Shown here: positions 10,951-20,407 of the stretch, piece after piece
How the letters are laid out: each line of letters opens with the position of its first letter
How positions within the stretch are numbered: the first letter of the stretch is position 1
DNA from: Phycisphaerales bacterium
GTDB taxonomy: Bacteria > Planctomycetota > Phycisphaerae > WQYP01
Direction: 5' to 3'
Length of the DNA stretch: 64,000 nucleotides
Assembly (NCBI GenBank): GCA_027451365.1
Contig: DAIDJN010000026.1
Span: forward strand, 64,494 to 128,493
The notes under the pieces: generated by a model
What the model saw: only the letters and a program-made list of their open reading frames with translations
Told to the model about the DNA's origin: nothing
The model's database searches: none
Made by a program: the position numbers and the translations under genes

Positions 10951-11958
10951 GTGCCCCCCCATCACTGGTTTGATTGCCACCTGGACTTGGCCTATCTGGC
11001 CCAGAATGGCCGCGATATGCTGCGCGAACCACCCGGTCCCGATGCTCCCGGCGGGCCGGGCGCCGTCACGCTCAGGTCCCTTCGGCTTGGAGGCGTGACC
11101 CGCGCGGCGGCCACCATTTTTGTGCAGCGGCGCGGGCCGGATGCTGACGGCCAGAATGTGGATGGACCATGGTGCTGGTCAGATCCTGATGAAGCCCATC
11201 GCGTGAGTCTGGCCCAATTCGATATTTACGACAACTGGCGAACACATAATTATATTTATATACCAAAACTTGATCGCCACGCCGCGCCCCTGGAAATACT
11301 GATTTTAATTGAAGGCGCAGCGGGAATCCGCTCTGTTGACGACCTGCAGCTGTTTTACCGCCGCGGCGCCCGGCTGCTGGCACTGACCTGGGTGGATGGC
11401 ACCCGCTGGGCGGGCGGTGATCAATCCGGTGGCGACATCACCGCGGAGGGCCGCGGCCTGATTGCCGCGGCCGACGACCTGGCCATGGTACATGATGCTT
11501 CACATTTGTCCGAGGCGGCCTTCTGGACGCTATTGGCCACCGCACGGCGACCCGTTATTGCGTCGCACAGCAATTGCCGATCATTGCTGCCCGGGAAAAA
11601 ACATCCCGAGCGGCATCTATCAGACCCGCAAATTCAGGCACTGGCCAGCGCGGGCGGAATGATCGGACTGAATTTGTTCAGCAATTTCCTGGCATCCGGC
11701 CGCCCTGCCACCTTGGCCGACGCGATCGCCCATTTGCAGCATATTGTCGAACTTACGGGCCGAACAGATATCATCGGTCTGGGGTCGGATATGGACGGCG
11801 GATTCACCGCGGATAAGTTGCCCGCGCCGCTGCGCCGGCCAGCGGACCTTGAACTCCTGACTGACGCATTGCATGCAGTTGGCTTTTCCGATGAGCATAT
11901 CCGGGGCTTCCGGCACGAAAACTGGGAACGCTTTTTTACTGGTGCCGGTCTTATTTAA
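10951..11958 (+). CDS. Membrane dipeptidase (peptidase M19, amidohydrolase fold)
   Basis: FDCHLD, IEGA, DASHLS, ASHSNCR, LGSDMDG, ENW. Confidence 0.9.
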   Translation: MPPHHWFDCHLDLAYLAQNGRDMLREPPGPDAPGGPGAVTLRSLRLGGVTRAAATIFVQRRGPDADGQNVDGPWCWSDPDEAHRVSLAQFDIYDNWRTHNYIYIPKLDRHAAPLEILILIEGAAGIRSVDDLQLFYRRGARLLALTWVDGTRWAGGDQSGGDITAEGRGLIAAADDLAMVHDASHLSEAAFWTLLATARRPVIASHSNCRSLLPGKKHPERHLSDPQIQALASAGGMIGLNLFSNFLASGRPATLADAIAHLQHIVELTGRTDIIGLGSDMDGGFTADKLPAPLRRPADLELLTDALHAVGFSDEHIRGFRHENWERFFTGAGLI

Positions 11959-12163
11959 TGCCGCGCCAGTTTACCAGCGGCCACGGCCCGGTTTATTTAA
12001 CGCGCGGTCCTGAATTCGGCGATCTTGAGCAATCTTGAGCAATCGTGCGCAAACCATGTTGCCGCGGTACCGGGCGTCCATTTCTCCCAGGGCCAAATGG
12101 CCAAGCCGCGGAAACTACTGCGTCAATCAAGTCCCCTTGCTTCAGGCCGATGAACGCAATGGC

Positions 12164-12988
12164 TTATGGCGTTGGAATCGGCAAAGGCGGCAATTGCTCG
12201 GCCTGGCGTACTTTGTTGGTCCGTGCAAAAACACCCGGCACTTTGGCTGCGGCGACAATCGCGACATGCCCGTCACCAAAAATGATGCTCATATCTGTAC
12301 CCATTAAACGCAAATGGGGTCTTGAATACATCACAATATCCCAAGCCCCGGCGTTACTTGTCATCCCCTTGCCGACATACACAAAATCGGAATGGCCGCT
12401 CAAATGGCGGCGTATCCAATTGACATCGGTCGCATCTCCAGACGGTATCACCAGTGGCGGACGCCCGTCTAAGGGAGAAACCAGATTGATCGGCCGAATT
12501 TTATCGGTGGCCAAAAGTGTGGCCATATCCGGCGGGAATTGCGCATTATGATTCTGCGCATACAGAATACACTGTTGCCAAATGCCCCTCTCATCGGCCA
12601 TGAGGAACGCCTTGGTGGCGAGGGTCTTGGCTCGCGCCAGCGACGGTATCAAAATAGCCAGCAGCAGCCCCCACAGCACCACCCCCGCCACGCCGACCAC
12701 GGCTCCCGCGATGGCTGTGCCGCGCGGCTCTTTGCGCAAGCCAAACAGACTCAGAATGAGGCCTGGCAATAGGAAAATAATTGTAAATAATCCCAGCACC
12801 GAACAGATCAACCCGATGATGCCCAGTGTGTTACCCCTGGCCGGTTGCGGAGCGGCCGAGCCAAATCGGGGAGCCGACGCCTGCACGGTGGCGCTGGCGG
12901 CACAACGTGGACAAATGACCGCAGCGCCAACTGGCGGCGGCGGACCAGCGGGTGTAAATTCTTTACCGCAACCGGCACAGGTAACCAT
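12164..12988 (-). CDS. Zn-ribbon + DUF4190-like TM + pilin-like domain protein
   Basis: CAGC...CPRC; TM segments with RGTAIAG; LLLAILIPSLARAK pilin-like helix; IIFGDGHV. Confidence 0.8.
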   Translation of the reverse strand: MVTCAGCGKEFTPAGPPPPVGAAVICPRCAASATVQASAPRFGSAAPQPARGNTLGIIGLICSVLGLFTIIFLLPGLILSLFGLRKEPRGTAIAGAVVGVAGVVLWGLLLAILIPSLARAKTLATKAFLMADERGIWQQCILYAQNHNAQFPPDMATLLATDKIRPINLVSPLDGRPPLVIPSGDATDVNWIRRHLSGHSDFVYVGKGMTSNAGAWDIVMYSRPHLRLMGTDMSIIFGDGHVAIVAAAKVPGVFARTNKVRQAEQLPPLPIPTP

Positions 12989-13057
12989 GTGTTGTCTCCA
13001 GAAAAAGGCGTTACCGAGTCCACCATCCAGCCGGACACACGTTCGGCATGAAGAAAG

Positions 13058-13852
13058 CTACTTCAATGGCGCGTCCGATTCGGGTTCCCGGACCGGGCGA
13101 ATATCGTGTGGCTGAATGCCCAGCATCTGCAACAGGTTCTGTTCGTTGTAATGCGTCGAAATTTTTCCATAATAAATCAGGGCCGCCACCGACGCGGCAC
13201 CGGCAAACAGGCCTGAAACGTGAGCCAGATGGTCAATTGAACCACCACCACTCAAAAGGCCGAGCAGGTCCATCGCCAGAAAGAATAGAATGACCCAGTA
13301 GCAGGCCAGATTTTTTTCGCCGAACTTGATAATGAACACATAAAAGCACCTGGCTTCGTTCAGCGGATAGAGTATCAGGAACGCTCCCATGATGCCCATA
13401 ATTGCGCCCGAAGCCCCCAGTGTCGCCATAGGCGGCCCAAGCAGCAACGATACAATATTGGCAAAAATACCGGTGCCAAAATAAATCGCCAGAAAACCCA
13501 GATGTCCAAGTCGTGCATTGACAGCATTGCCGAAGAGCCACAAAAAGAACATGTTGCCCAGCAAATGCAGCCAGCCCTCATGCACAAATATCGCCCCCAC
13601 CAATTGTGTCGGGCGGAAATGGCCCGGTTCAAGAATCAGATCATCAATGACATGGCCGGGCTGATCGCCGGCATATTGGCCCACAATTTCGCCATGGGAA
13701 ATAGTGAAGTTAAATGATGCCCTTTGTTCCCAGCGCCGCAATGATGGGAACAAAGACACACTGATCAGACAGGTCAGCAGAATCAGCGCCCAGTTGGCCA
13801 GCGGCCAGCGGTGCATGGGAACGTCCACCAGAAATGGCAGGAACAGAAAAAT
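13058..13852 (-). CDS. Rhomboid-family intramembrane serine protease (start possibly ATT 13852; ORF track uses GTG 13828)
   Basis: FVHEGWLHLLGNM, GASG catalytic Ser, DHLAHVSG catalytic His. Confidence 0.9.
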   Translation of the reverse strand: MFLFLPFLVDVPMHRWPLANWALILLTCLISVSLFPSLRRWEQRASFNFTISHGEIVGQYAGDQPGHVIDDLILEPGHFRPTQLVGAIFVHEGWLHLLGNMFFLWLFGNAVNARLGHLGFLAIYFGTGIFANIVSLLLGPPMATLGASGAIMGIMGAFLILYPLNEARCFYVFIIKFGEKNLACYWVILFFLAMDLLGLLSGGGSIDHLAHVSGLFAGAASVAALIYYGKISTHYNEQNLLQMLGIQPHDIRPVREPESDAPLK

Positions 13853-14001
13853 TGTGAGGCTCCAACTTCCGCGTCTTAGGTTTCAACAGTCAAAAGGAAC
13901 CGAGACTGTACTCTTACGGATGCAATGTCACAAGCCATGGATCTGAAATTGCGATAAAGCCGCCCCGCCCGATGTGGCGAGTGCCGTCAATCCAGTTTTC
14001 G

Positions 14002-14036
14002 ATCCATGTAAATCATCCATGTGAATGATCCATGTG
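14002..14036. repeat. Three ATCCATGT direct repeats with 13-bp period
   Basis: ATCCATGT at 14002, 14015 and 14028 in intergenic DNA upstream of the rhomboid gene. Confidence 0.6.
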
Positions 14037-14153
14037 CCCCCGTGTTATACCCCGCATCATTGCCTAAGCGCAGGCCAACCCCTGGCAGCGAAACTGGTAC
14101 TGAACTTTTCGGCTCTCCCCGCTCCCTCCATCTGGTAAGGAACGGGCGACGTG

Positions 14154-14756
14154 TCAGGCCCCGACCACATCAGGCCCGGCGTGTTTTGCCGCCATACCCA
14201 CATGCGCCTGGGGCGCATGTTGTTCAGCCACGGCCGGGACCGGTGAATGCACTTCATAAAGCAGAAAATCGTGAGTGCCGACACGGGCTATAAGCACCAG
14301 GACCTCAGGCGACGTATCCATATGCCGGGCCGCATGAATTTTAACCGCACGGCTGGCCCCGTTTTTGTGCAGCATGTCCACGGAAATCAGCGATTCATGG
14401 CCGGTGGCCTCATGACGCAGGGGCTGGCGAAACGCCCGGGAAACCATCCGGTAGAGTTCGTCTAAACTGTGAATGTGATGGGCATCCCGCGATGCACTGG
14501 ATATACCCAGAACCCGCATCGCTTCAGGAGCGTCGAGACGCGGCGCGGTATCCACCGCATGATGTAATTTCTGGTGGAATCGGGCCACACATGCCCCAAA
14601 GGTTTCCCCCATCACCTGGGCGTCGGGAATGTGCACTTTCTTGCCGCAGGCCGAACAGGTAACTGGCCGGCGCAACAGGCTTTTAAGGGCTTCCGTAACG
14701 CCCGAAGACTGCATGGGGGCCAGACAATGCACACAGCGTGGGAAATGGGTTTCCAT
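14154..14756 (-). CDS. Hypothetical protein with N-terminal CxxC...CxxC zinc ribbon
   Basis: AGGAG SD before ATG 14756; CVHC...CSAC; His-rich. Confidence 0.6.
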   Translation of the reverse strand: METHFPRCVHCLAPMQSSGVTEALKSLLRRPVTCSACGKKVHIPDAQVMGETFGACVARFHQKLHHAVDTAPRLDAPEAMRVLGISSASRDAHHIHSLDELYRMVSRAFRQPLRHEATGHESLISVDMLHKNGASRAVKIHAARHMDTSPEVLVLIARVGTHDFLLYEVHSPVPAVAEQHAPQAHVGMAAKHAGPDVVGA

Positions 14757-15130
14757 GATGCCAACTCCTGCAATTCCTGTTTGACCATCTCTCCCGTAGG
14801 CAATTTGAATCGGTTGCCACGTCGGATGATGTCTTGAATCCACAAGACACCCAATATTTACTTTTTTTACAGGCGCGCCAGTTTTTCAGATACGGCAGAG
14901 TTGCAAAAACGCGCCCGAGCGAGCTTCCGTCTAAACATATCCTACATCATGGTTCATGGCATTTCAAGCTACACAACTATAAAAAAGGGAATGCCGACCG
15001 CCACCCGACGCTGTTGGGAAATAGAATCTTCTATTATCGGCAGCAGACGATAAGCCGCCGAAGGGCAGCGCCAGCCATAACGCCATTCAACAGTCAATTC
15101 CCAGGTTAATTGGGTTCGAAAATGCCCCTT

Positions 15131-15454
15131 TCAGCCCGGTCCGCTCCATTTCCAATCCACATGTGGGGCCTTGGTCATGGCCTTGGCCGCCTGATACAAG
15201 CATTCCTGGCACACCAGAACATCCAGCCGGTCCGGATGGGACCAGCGGTCCATGGAAGCCGGCAAGTTGATCCGCAGGCAAAGCGTACAGGCATATTTTC
15301 CATCCAGCGACCGCTTTTCCCGCAATGCCCGCTCCAGGCATGGCAGGCAGATTGCCGAACCATGGTGTCCTTCCACCATGGCGGATTGCCCATCCCATTC
15401 GCCGTGGCAAAAATCGCAACAAATGACAATTTCCGTGCCCACGGGCTTTTGCAT
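15131..15454 (-). CDS. Small double zinc-finger protein (ClpX C4-finger-like)
   Basis: CDFC...MVEG...AICLPC and CTLC...VCQEC; GGAG SD before ATG 15454. Confidence 0.7.
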   Translation of the reverse strand: MQKPVGTEIVICCDFCHGEWDGQSAMVEGHHGSAICLPCLERALREKRSLDGKYACTLCLRINLPASMDRWSHPDRLDVLVCQECLYQAAKAMTKAPHVDWKWSGPG

Positions 15455-15663
15455 GGCAAAGCTCTCCAAAAAATGATCGTCTGCCTTCCCGGCTGTATTC
15501 AGACCGGAAGGCCTCACGAATGAAAACGGTTACCCGCCGGTGGCGTTACTCCGGTACCGCAGATGGCAGCCGCTTGGCAGCCACTGATTGGTAAGTGTAT
15601 GGCATCACACTCAAATTACCTGTATTATACCTTGATTGTTCAATGCGAGAGGAACTTATATCC

Positions 15664-16071
15664 ATGGCCGAATCAACCTTTCAGGCATCTATTGTAACCC
15701 CCGAATCCGTATTGCTGGAAACCCAGGCAAATTTTGCCGTGGTCCCGGCTGACGACGGCCTGCTTGGGGTACTGACACACCATGCCCCGTTTATTACACG
15801 AATGAAACCGGGCGTTCTAAAGCTCACAAGTCCCGATGGCGTTTACCGGTTTGCCGTCACCGGTGGTTACGCCCAGATGCAGGACAATATCCTAACCGTG
15901 CTGACTGATGACGCAATTGCTGAATCCGCCGTCAACCCTGAACTAATTTCCGCCGAAGATGCCAAGGCTCAGGCCATGCCATCGGAAACCGATCTACAAA
16001 CGCGCAAGCGAAAAGCGGCCCTTGCACGGGTGGAGGCCCTGCGAGCATTGGCCGCCATCGGTGATGAATAG
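15664..16071 (+). CDS. atpC: F0F1 ATP synthase epsilon subunit
   Basis: FQASIVTPE, DGLLGVLTHHAP, FAVTGGYAQ, LTVLTD; GAGG SD. Confidence 0.9.
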   Translation: MAESTFQASIVTPESVLLETQANFAVVPADDGLLGVLTHHAPFITRMKPGVLKLTSPDGVYRFAVTGGYAQMQDNILTVLTDDAIAESAVNPELISAEDAKAQAMPSETDLQTRKRKAALARVEALRALAAIGDE

Positions 16072-16349
16072 CCATCGGTTTGTGCCGTCTGGCCATTAAC
16101 AGATGCCACGCAGGGGAAAGGCAACCGAAGAAACGCCATAAGCCGTGAATTTTGCGGCGGATCCGCACTGAGAACTGGCGGCATGGTCGTACTGCTTTGG
16201 ATGGTTGGCAGGCATTGCCAGCGGCGCGCGGAAAGGCATTTGGGCGGGCATGTGGGCACATTCACAAACAGTTCTATCGAACCAGACGGTCGGCCGCTCA
16301 GGCGTCGCAACAAGCACAAAATCTTGCCAGGCACCTGAGTTGACCGCCT

Positions 16350-17744
16350 TCAGGGTTCCTCACTGATATCATGGTTTTGCCCCGGATAGCGCCCGGGATA
16401 GCGCCCCGGGCGGCCGCTCCGGTACGGGTGGTGCAAAAAATCCTGATTTTCGGAATCCGCAGACTGACCGCCCTCATCAAAAGTCTCCGGCGACTCATCT
16501 GATGGGCGGGCAACGGGTTGGGGAGCAGCCGCGTGCGTATCCGGATCGTCAGCCACATCACCGGACAACGCCGGGCTGTGGCCGGTACCGGACGGCTTAG
16601 GCGGCGGCGTACCGTCGGGCGGCGTATCGGACGGGCCTGAAGAATCGTTACCGTCCTGATCATCAGCGTCGGCCTTTGCGGCACGGGCACGATTGCGGTC
16701 CGCTAAAGTGGTCAGAATCACACCAAGCACATACAGCAGAAGCAGTGGAATAAAAATGCACAGGAACGTAAAGAAGTCCGGCGTGGGTGCCAGGAAGACC
16801 GCCAGCAGAGCCAATGCCATAACGGCGTAGCGCCACATCTGGCGGAATTGAGCGGCCTTTACTATGCCGATTTTCGTCAGAATCAGCATCACCATCGGCA
16901 ATTCAAACGACACTCCGAAGATCAGCGCCATAATTGTCGCAAAACTTAAATATTCGCTAAGTGTCGGCAACGGAGAAAACAGCGCGTCGGCCGGCTGCGC
17001 CCGCAAGGTCAGTGTGCGGCCGGCCACATGAATGCGCACCTGGCTGGTGCGCGCGTTGAACCACATGGCCACCGTGTGTTTCGGGAAATGCGTCGGATCG
17101 CTTTTGGCCATGGGAATCAGGAGCGGCTTAATCTGGTCGCCGGTCGGCAGCGCATTGACATGAATTCCGGCCATGTGTGTTCCGAAGACGGATTTTTCCA
17201 GACCATACGGTTTGACCTGGGGGACCTGAATGGTCAGATTAAAGCTGATAATAAACTTCAGAAGGACGGGCAGAACCAGAAAGAAAAAGAACGCCACACC
17301 CAGCAGAAACAGGCCGATACTAGGCCCAATATATTTATATATAACGCGCCGTTCGCGTACGAAAAGCCCGGCGGCCACAAATCTCCAGACCTGATAAATA
17401 ATCCACGGGCTTGCCACCACCAGGCCGGCCTTAAAACCGGTCATCAGGTAGGAAATAATTGAACCGGTCGTTTTATGGTAATACAACTGAACCGGAAAAC
17501 CACCCCAGCGGAGAGCCAGCAGATAGGGCTGATAAATGGCGTTGATAATTGTGTCGGAAAAAATCAGACAGATGGACACGCCCACCATGGCACCCATCAG
17601 CGCCAAAATAACCCGTTTGCGCAGCTCCCCAAGGTGGTCGCCGAACGACATCACCGGAAGGTCCGCCTCCCGCCGATCGGCCGGCGTTTCGCCGATTTTT
17701 CGTCCGCGATTAAAATTGGAAACAATATCATTCCACAAAGCCAT
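16350..17744 (-). CDS. tatC: Twin-arginine translocase subunit TatC with loop insertion and long acidic/Pro-rich tail
   Basis: MSFGDHLGELRKR, YQVWRFVAAGLFVRER, FGVSFELP, WRYA, LAPTPD. Confidence 0.92.
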   Translation of the reverse strand: MALWNDIVSNFNRGRKIGETPADRREADLPVMSFGDHLGELRKRVILALMGAMVGVSICLIFSDTIINAIYQPYLLALRWGGFPVQLYYHKTTGSIISYLMTGFKAGLVVASPWIIYQVWRFVAAGLFVRERRVIYKYIGPSIGLFLLGVAFFFFLVLPVLLKFIISFNLTIQVPQVKPYGLEKSVFGTHMAGIHVNALPTGDQIKPLLIPMAKSDPTHFPKHTVAMWFNARTSQVRIHVAGRTLTLRAQPADALFSPLPTLSEYLSFATIMALIFGVSFELPMVMLILTKIGIVKAAQFRQMWRYAVMALALLAVFLAPTPDFFTFLCIFIPLLLLYVLGVILTTLADRNRARAAKADADDQDGNDSSGPSDTPPDGTPPPKPSGTGHSPALSGDVADDPDTHAAAPQPVARPSDESPETFDEGGQSADSENQDFLHHPYRSGRPGRYPGRYPGQNHDISEEP

Positions 17745-17810
17745 AGTACTCTCGCCGTTGTAAGGTTGCGAATCCGCCCCGCCGGGAGCGGATGGGCGGG
17801 TCCGCCACGG

Positions 17811-18524
17811 TCAGGTTGCCTGCACCGGTTCAACTTTTCCATCCGCCAGACGGACAATACGGTCCGCCCGATTGGCGACGGCCGCGTCATGGGTGACGAG
17901 CAGAATACTCTGATTGCGCTGCTCGTGCAGCCTTCCCAGCAAATCCATAATGGCCTGGCCGGTACGGGGGTCCAGGTTGCCCGTCGGCTCATCGGCCAGG
18001 AGAACCGCCGGATCGTTTATAAGGGCACGGGCAATTGCCACCCGCTGGCGCTCACCGCCCGAAAGCTCCGCAGGCCGGTGCGAAAGCCGTTTTGAAAGGC
18101 CCAATTCGCCCAGCAGTTCCAGCGCTTCGGTTTTCCGCGGGCGCGCCCGCAAAATGGCGCTGTACCAGGGCGCGCCGACCATGGCGGGCAGCAACACGTT
18201 TTCCAACACATTTAATTCAGGCAACAGATGGTACAACTGGAACACAAACCCAAACGATCGGTTGCGCAGCAGATGCCGCCGCGACCGGCTCAGGCCGGAA
18301 ACCAGTTCACCGCCGAAAACCACCGCGCCGGAATCGCAGGTTTCCAGCATGCCGGCTATGTGCAGCAGCGTGCTTTTCCCGGAACCGGACGATCCGGTCA
18401 GGGCCACAAATTCACCTTTTCCCACGCGCAGTGAAGCGCCGCAAAGCACCTGAATTTCCGCCGGTCCTGTGCGAAATGTTTTATGTATATCTGTCAATTC
18501 AAGCAGCGTTTCGCCGGTATTCAT
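17811..18524 (-). CDS. lolD: ABC transporter ATP-binding protein, LolD-like
   Basis: GSSGSGKS, FGFVFQLYHLLPE, LSGGERQR, LLADEPTGNLD, VTHD; GGAGG SD before ATG 18524. Confidence 0.88.
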   Translation of the reverse strand: MNTGETLLELTDIHKTFRTGPAEIQVLCGASLRVGKGEFVALTGSSGSGKSTLLHIAGMLETCDSGAVVFGGELVSGLSRSRRHLLRNRSFGFVFQLYHLLPELNVLENVLLPAMVGAPWYSAILRARPRKTEALELLGELGLSKRLSHRPAELSGGERQRVAIARALINDPAVLLADEPTGNLDPRTGQAIMDLLGRLHEQRNQSILLVTHDAAVANRADRIVRLADGKVEPVQAT

Positions 18525-18617
18525 GCCTGCCTCCATTCGGACAGGCCGCCAGGGAGCCGGGCGCGTTGGCGCGACGGGGAACCGCGGGCAAGCCGGGCCG
18601 GTGAAAGACACAACGCA

Positions 18618-20324
18618 TTATTCATAACGCAGCGCCTCCACTGGATCCTGCCGGGCGGCAATCATCGCCGGGATAAGGGCGCCAATCAGGCCGGCGGCAA
18701 TGGCCAGCACCACGATAATCAGCACGGCGTGCGGATCTACCTGGTCGGGTATGCGCGAAAACACATAAATTTTCCGGTTCCAGATTGAAATACCGAAATA
18801 CCGCCACAGGAAATCGTCATGAATCTGATTGTCATAGCAAACGAATAAAACGCCGCCCACCAGGCCGGGAAGGGCGCCCGCCGCGCTGATCAGCAATCCG
18901 TAAAGCACAAATATGCTGCCCACACCCGTCTCACTGCCGCCAATCGCCTTGATAATGCCTATGTCGCGGGTTTTATCCCGCACAATCATGAAAAATATAA
19001 GAAAAATCACCACCACCACCACCAGGCTCATCAGGCCCAGCAGAAATGTGATCAGGTCGCGTTCCTTGTCCACCGCGTGAATGAATTCCGCCTGCATCTG
19101 ATCCCATGTTTTAACCTTTACCGAGGCCATCAGAAGTTGCGGATGATCGCGCTCAAAACGATCCACCACTTTTTCAATCGCCTGCCGCGCCGCGAGCACC
19201 GCCGCCGGATTGCCATCGTTCCGCACACGCACTTGAATCTGGCTGCAGCGGGCCGACCGCACACCGCCATTCAAAAGGTCCTGCTGCTGCATGAAGGCCA
19301 TTTTCTGGACCACTTTGAACGGCGCATAGACCGTGCGACGATCCACCGTGAACACTTTGGTATGCGAGTCGTCCACAATCATGAAGCGACGGCTTTGCGG
19401 CGTGGTCAGGGTACCCTTCAGCGTCACCGGTACCACCGTCAGAATCACCGGCGCAAAACGCACCACCTGCGGACGATGATAGTGCCCGAAGCGGTCGCGG
19501 CTGTAAAAGCCCATATCCACGCCGACAATCAATCCATTTTTCGGCTCCGCTTTTACCGTGCCATACCGATAAATTGCCTGCTGCGGCGGTTTGAAGGTCG
19601 GGGCCGGCGGCTGGAGCGCTGCCATCAGCGAAGCACCGGTTGCATAGGCTGCTTTTGGCGGCAAACCGAGCGCAAACTGCAGATCGCGATCCGCTCGGTC
19701 CAGTCGGTAAACCGCCTGCTGAAAATCTTCGTGGGCAATAACCCGCCAATGTTCGCGCATACCGGCGAACCAGGCGTTTGCCGGCAGCGGCGGCATCGCC
19801 AGAAGCTTCTTCTGCCGGCGTTTCTCCACCTTCAGCGCCTGCTGATAAAGTCTGTTGGCACGGGTCACAAGCTGCCGCCCGGTTACCGGGAAGCCGCCCG
19901 CGCTCAGGTCGGCAACCGCCTGGCGCGGTGCCTTAAATTGCCAGAACAGGCTTTGGCGGAAATCCGTAACCCTGCACTTGCTGGCAGGGTCAATTCCCAC
20001 AATTTGCACAGGGCGGTTATCGCCCCATTCCGGCAGATTCAACAGACCATACGCCGTAATCACCGGTGTGCTTGCCGCCACCTGCGGCAGGGCGTTTATA
20101 GCAGCCTGCAATTTCCGATAATGGCCGAATCCGGCCATATCCGAGGATTCAATCACCACATCGCCCATCAGTCCACGCCCGGCATCGCGCACGCGGTTCA
20201 CAAAACCGGTCATGATGCTGTTGACAATAATCAGCATCATCACGCACAGCCAGACGGCCAGAATCGGAAATGTGACAATGCCCTTCCGGGTCAGATAGCG
20301 AAAGCAGAGAAAAAGTTTGTACAT
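18618..20324 (-). CDS. lolE: Lipoprotein-releasing ABC transporter permease, LolC/E family, with large periplasmic insertion
   Basis: YL...V.SIMTGF, KTW, VRDKTRDIGIIKAIG, PA..AARQDPVEALRYE; lies between lysS and lolD. Confidence 0.85.
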   Translation of the reverse strand: MYKLFLCFRYLTRKGIVTFPILAVWLCVMMLIIVNSIMTGFVNRVRDAGRGLMGDVVIESSDMAGFGHYRKLQAAINALPQVAASTPVITAYGLLNLPEWGDNRPVQIVGIDPASKCRVTDFRQSLFWQFKAPRQAVADLSAGGFPVTGRQLVTRANRLYQQALKVEKRRQKKLLAMPPLPANAWFAGMREHWRVIAHEDFQQAVYRLDRADRDLQFALGLPPKAAYATGASLMAALQPPAPTFKPPQQAIYRYGTVKAEPKNGLIVGVDMGFYSRDRFGHYHRPQVVRFAPVILTVVPVTLKGTLTTPQSRRFMIVDDSHTKVFTVDRRTVYAPFKVVQKMAFMQQQDLLNGGVRSARCSQIQVRVRNDGNPAAVLAARQAIEKVVDRFERDHPQLLMASVKVKTWDQMQAEFIHAVDKERDLITFLLGLMSLVVVVVIFLIFFMIVRDKTRDIGIIKAIGGSETGVGSIFVLYGLLISAAGALPGLVGGVLFVCYDNQIHDDFLWRYFGISIWNRKIYVFSRIPDQVDPHAVLIIVVLAIAAGLIGALIPAMIAARQDPVEALRYE

Positions 20325-20407
20325 TCAGATTCCAGATATTAACGCCGACGGCCGCCGCAGCCCGGCCCGCAGGCCGAACGGCTTCTGCATTCAAGGCCGC
20401 CCCCGAC

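Noticed and set aside
12022..12044. 10-bp tandem duplication ATCTTGAGCA x2
   Set aside because: Only two copies between convergent genes; consistent with simple slippage.
19077..20342. Long antisense ORFs (e.g. 19077..20342, 21212..22060, 31324..32175, 47874..48971, 55710..56495)
   Set aside because: Shadow frames opposite well-supported genes, as expected in GC-rich DNA; no independent motifs.
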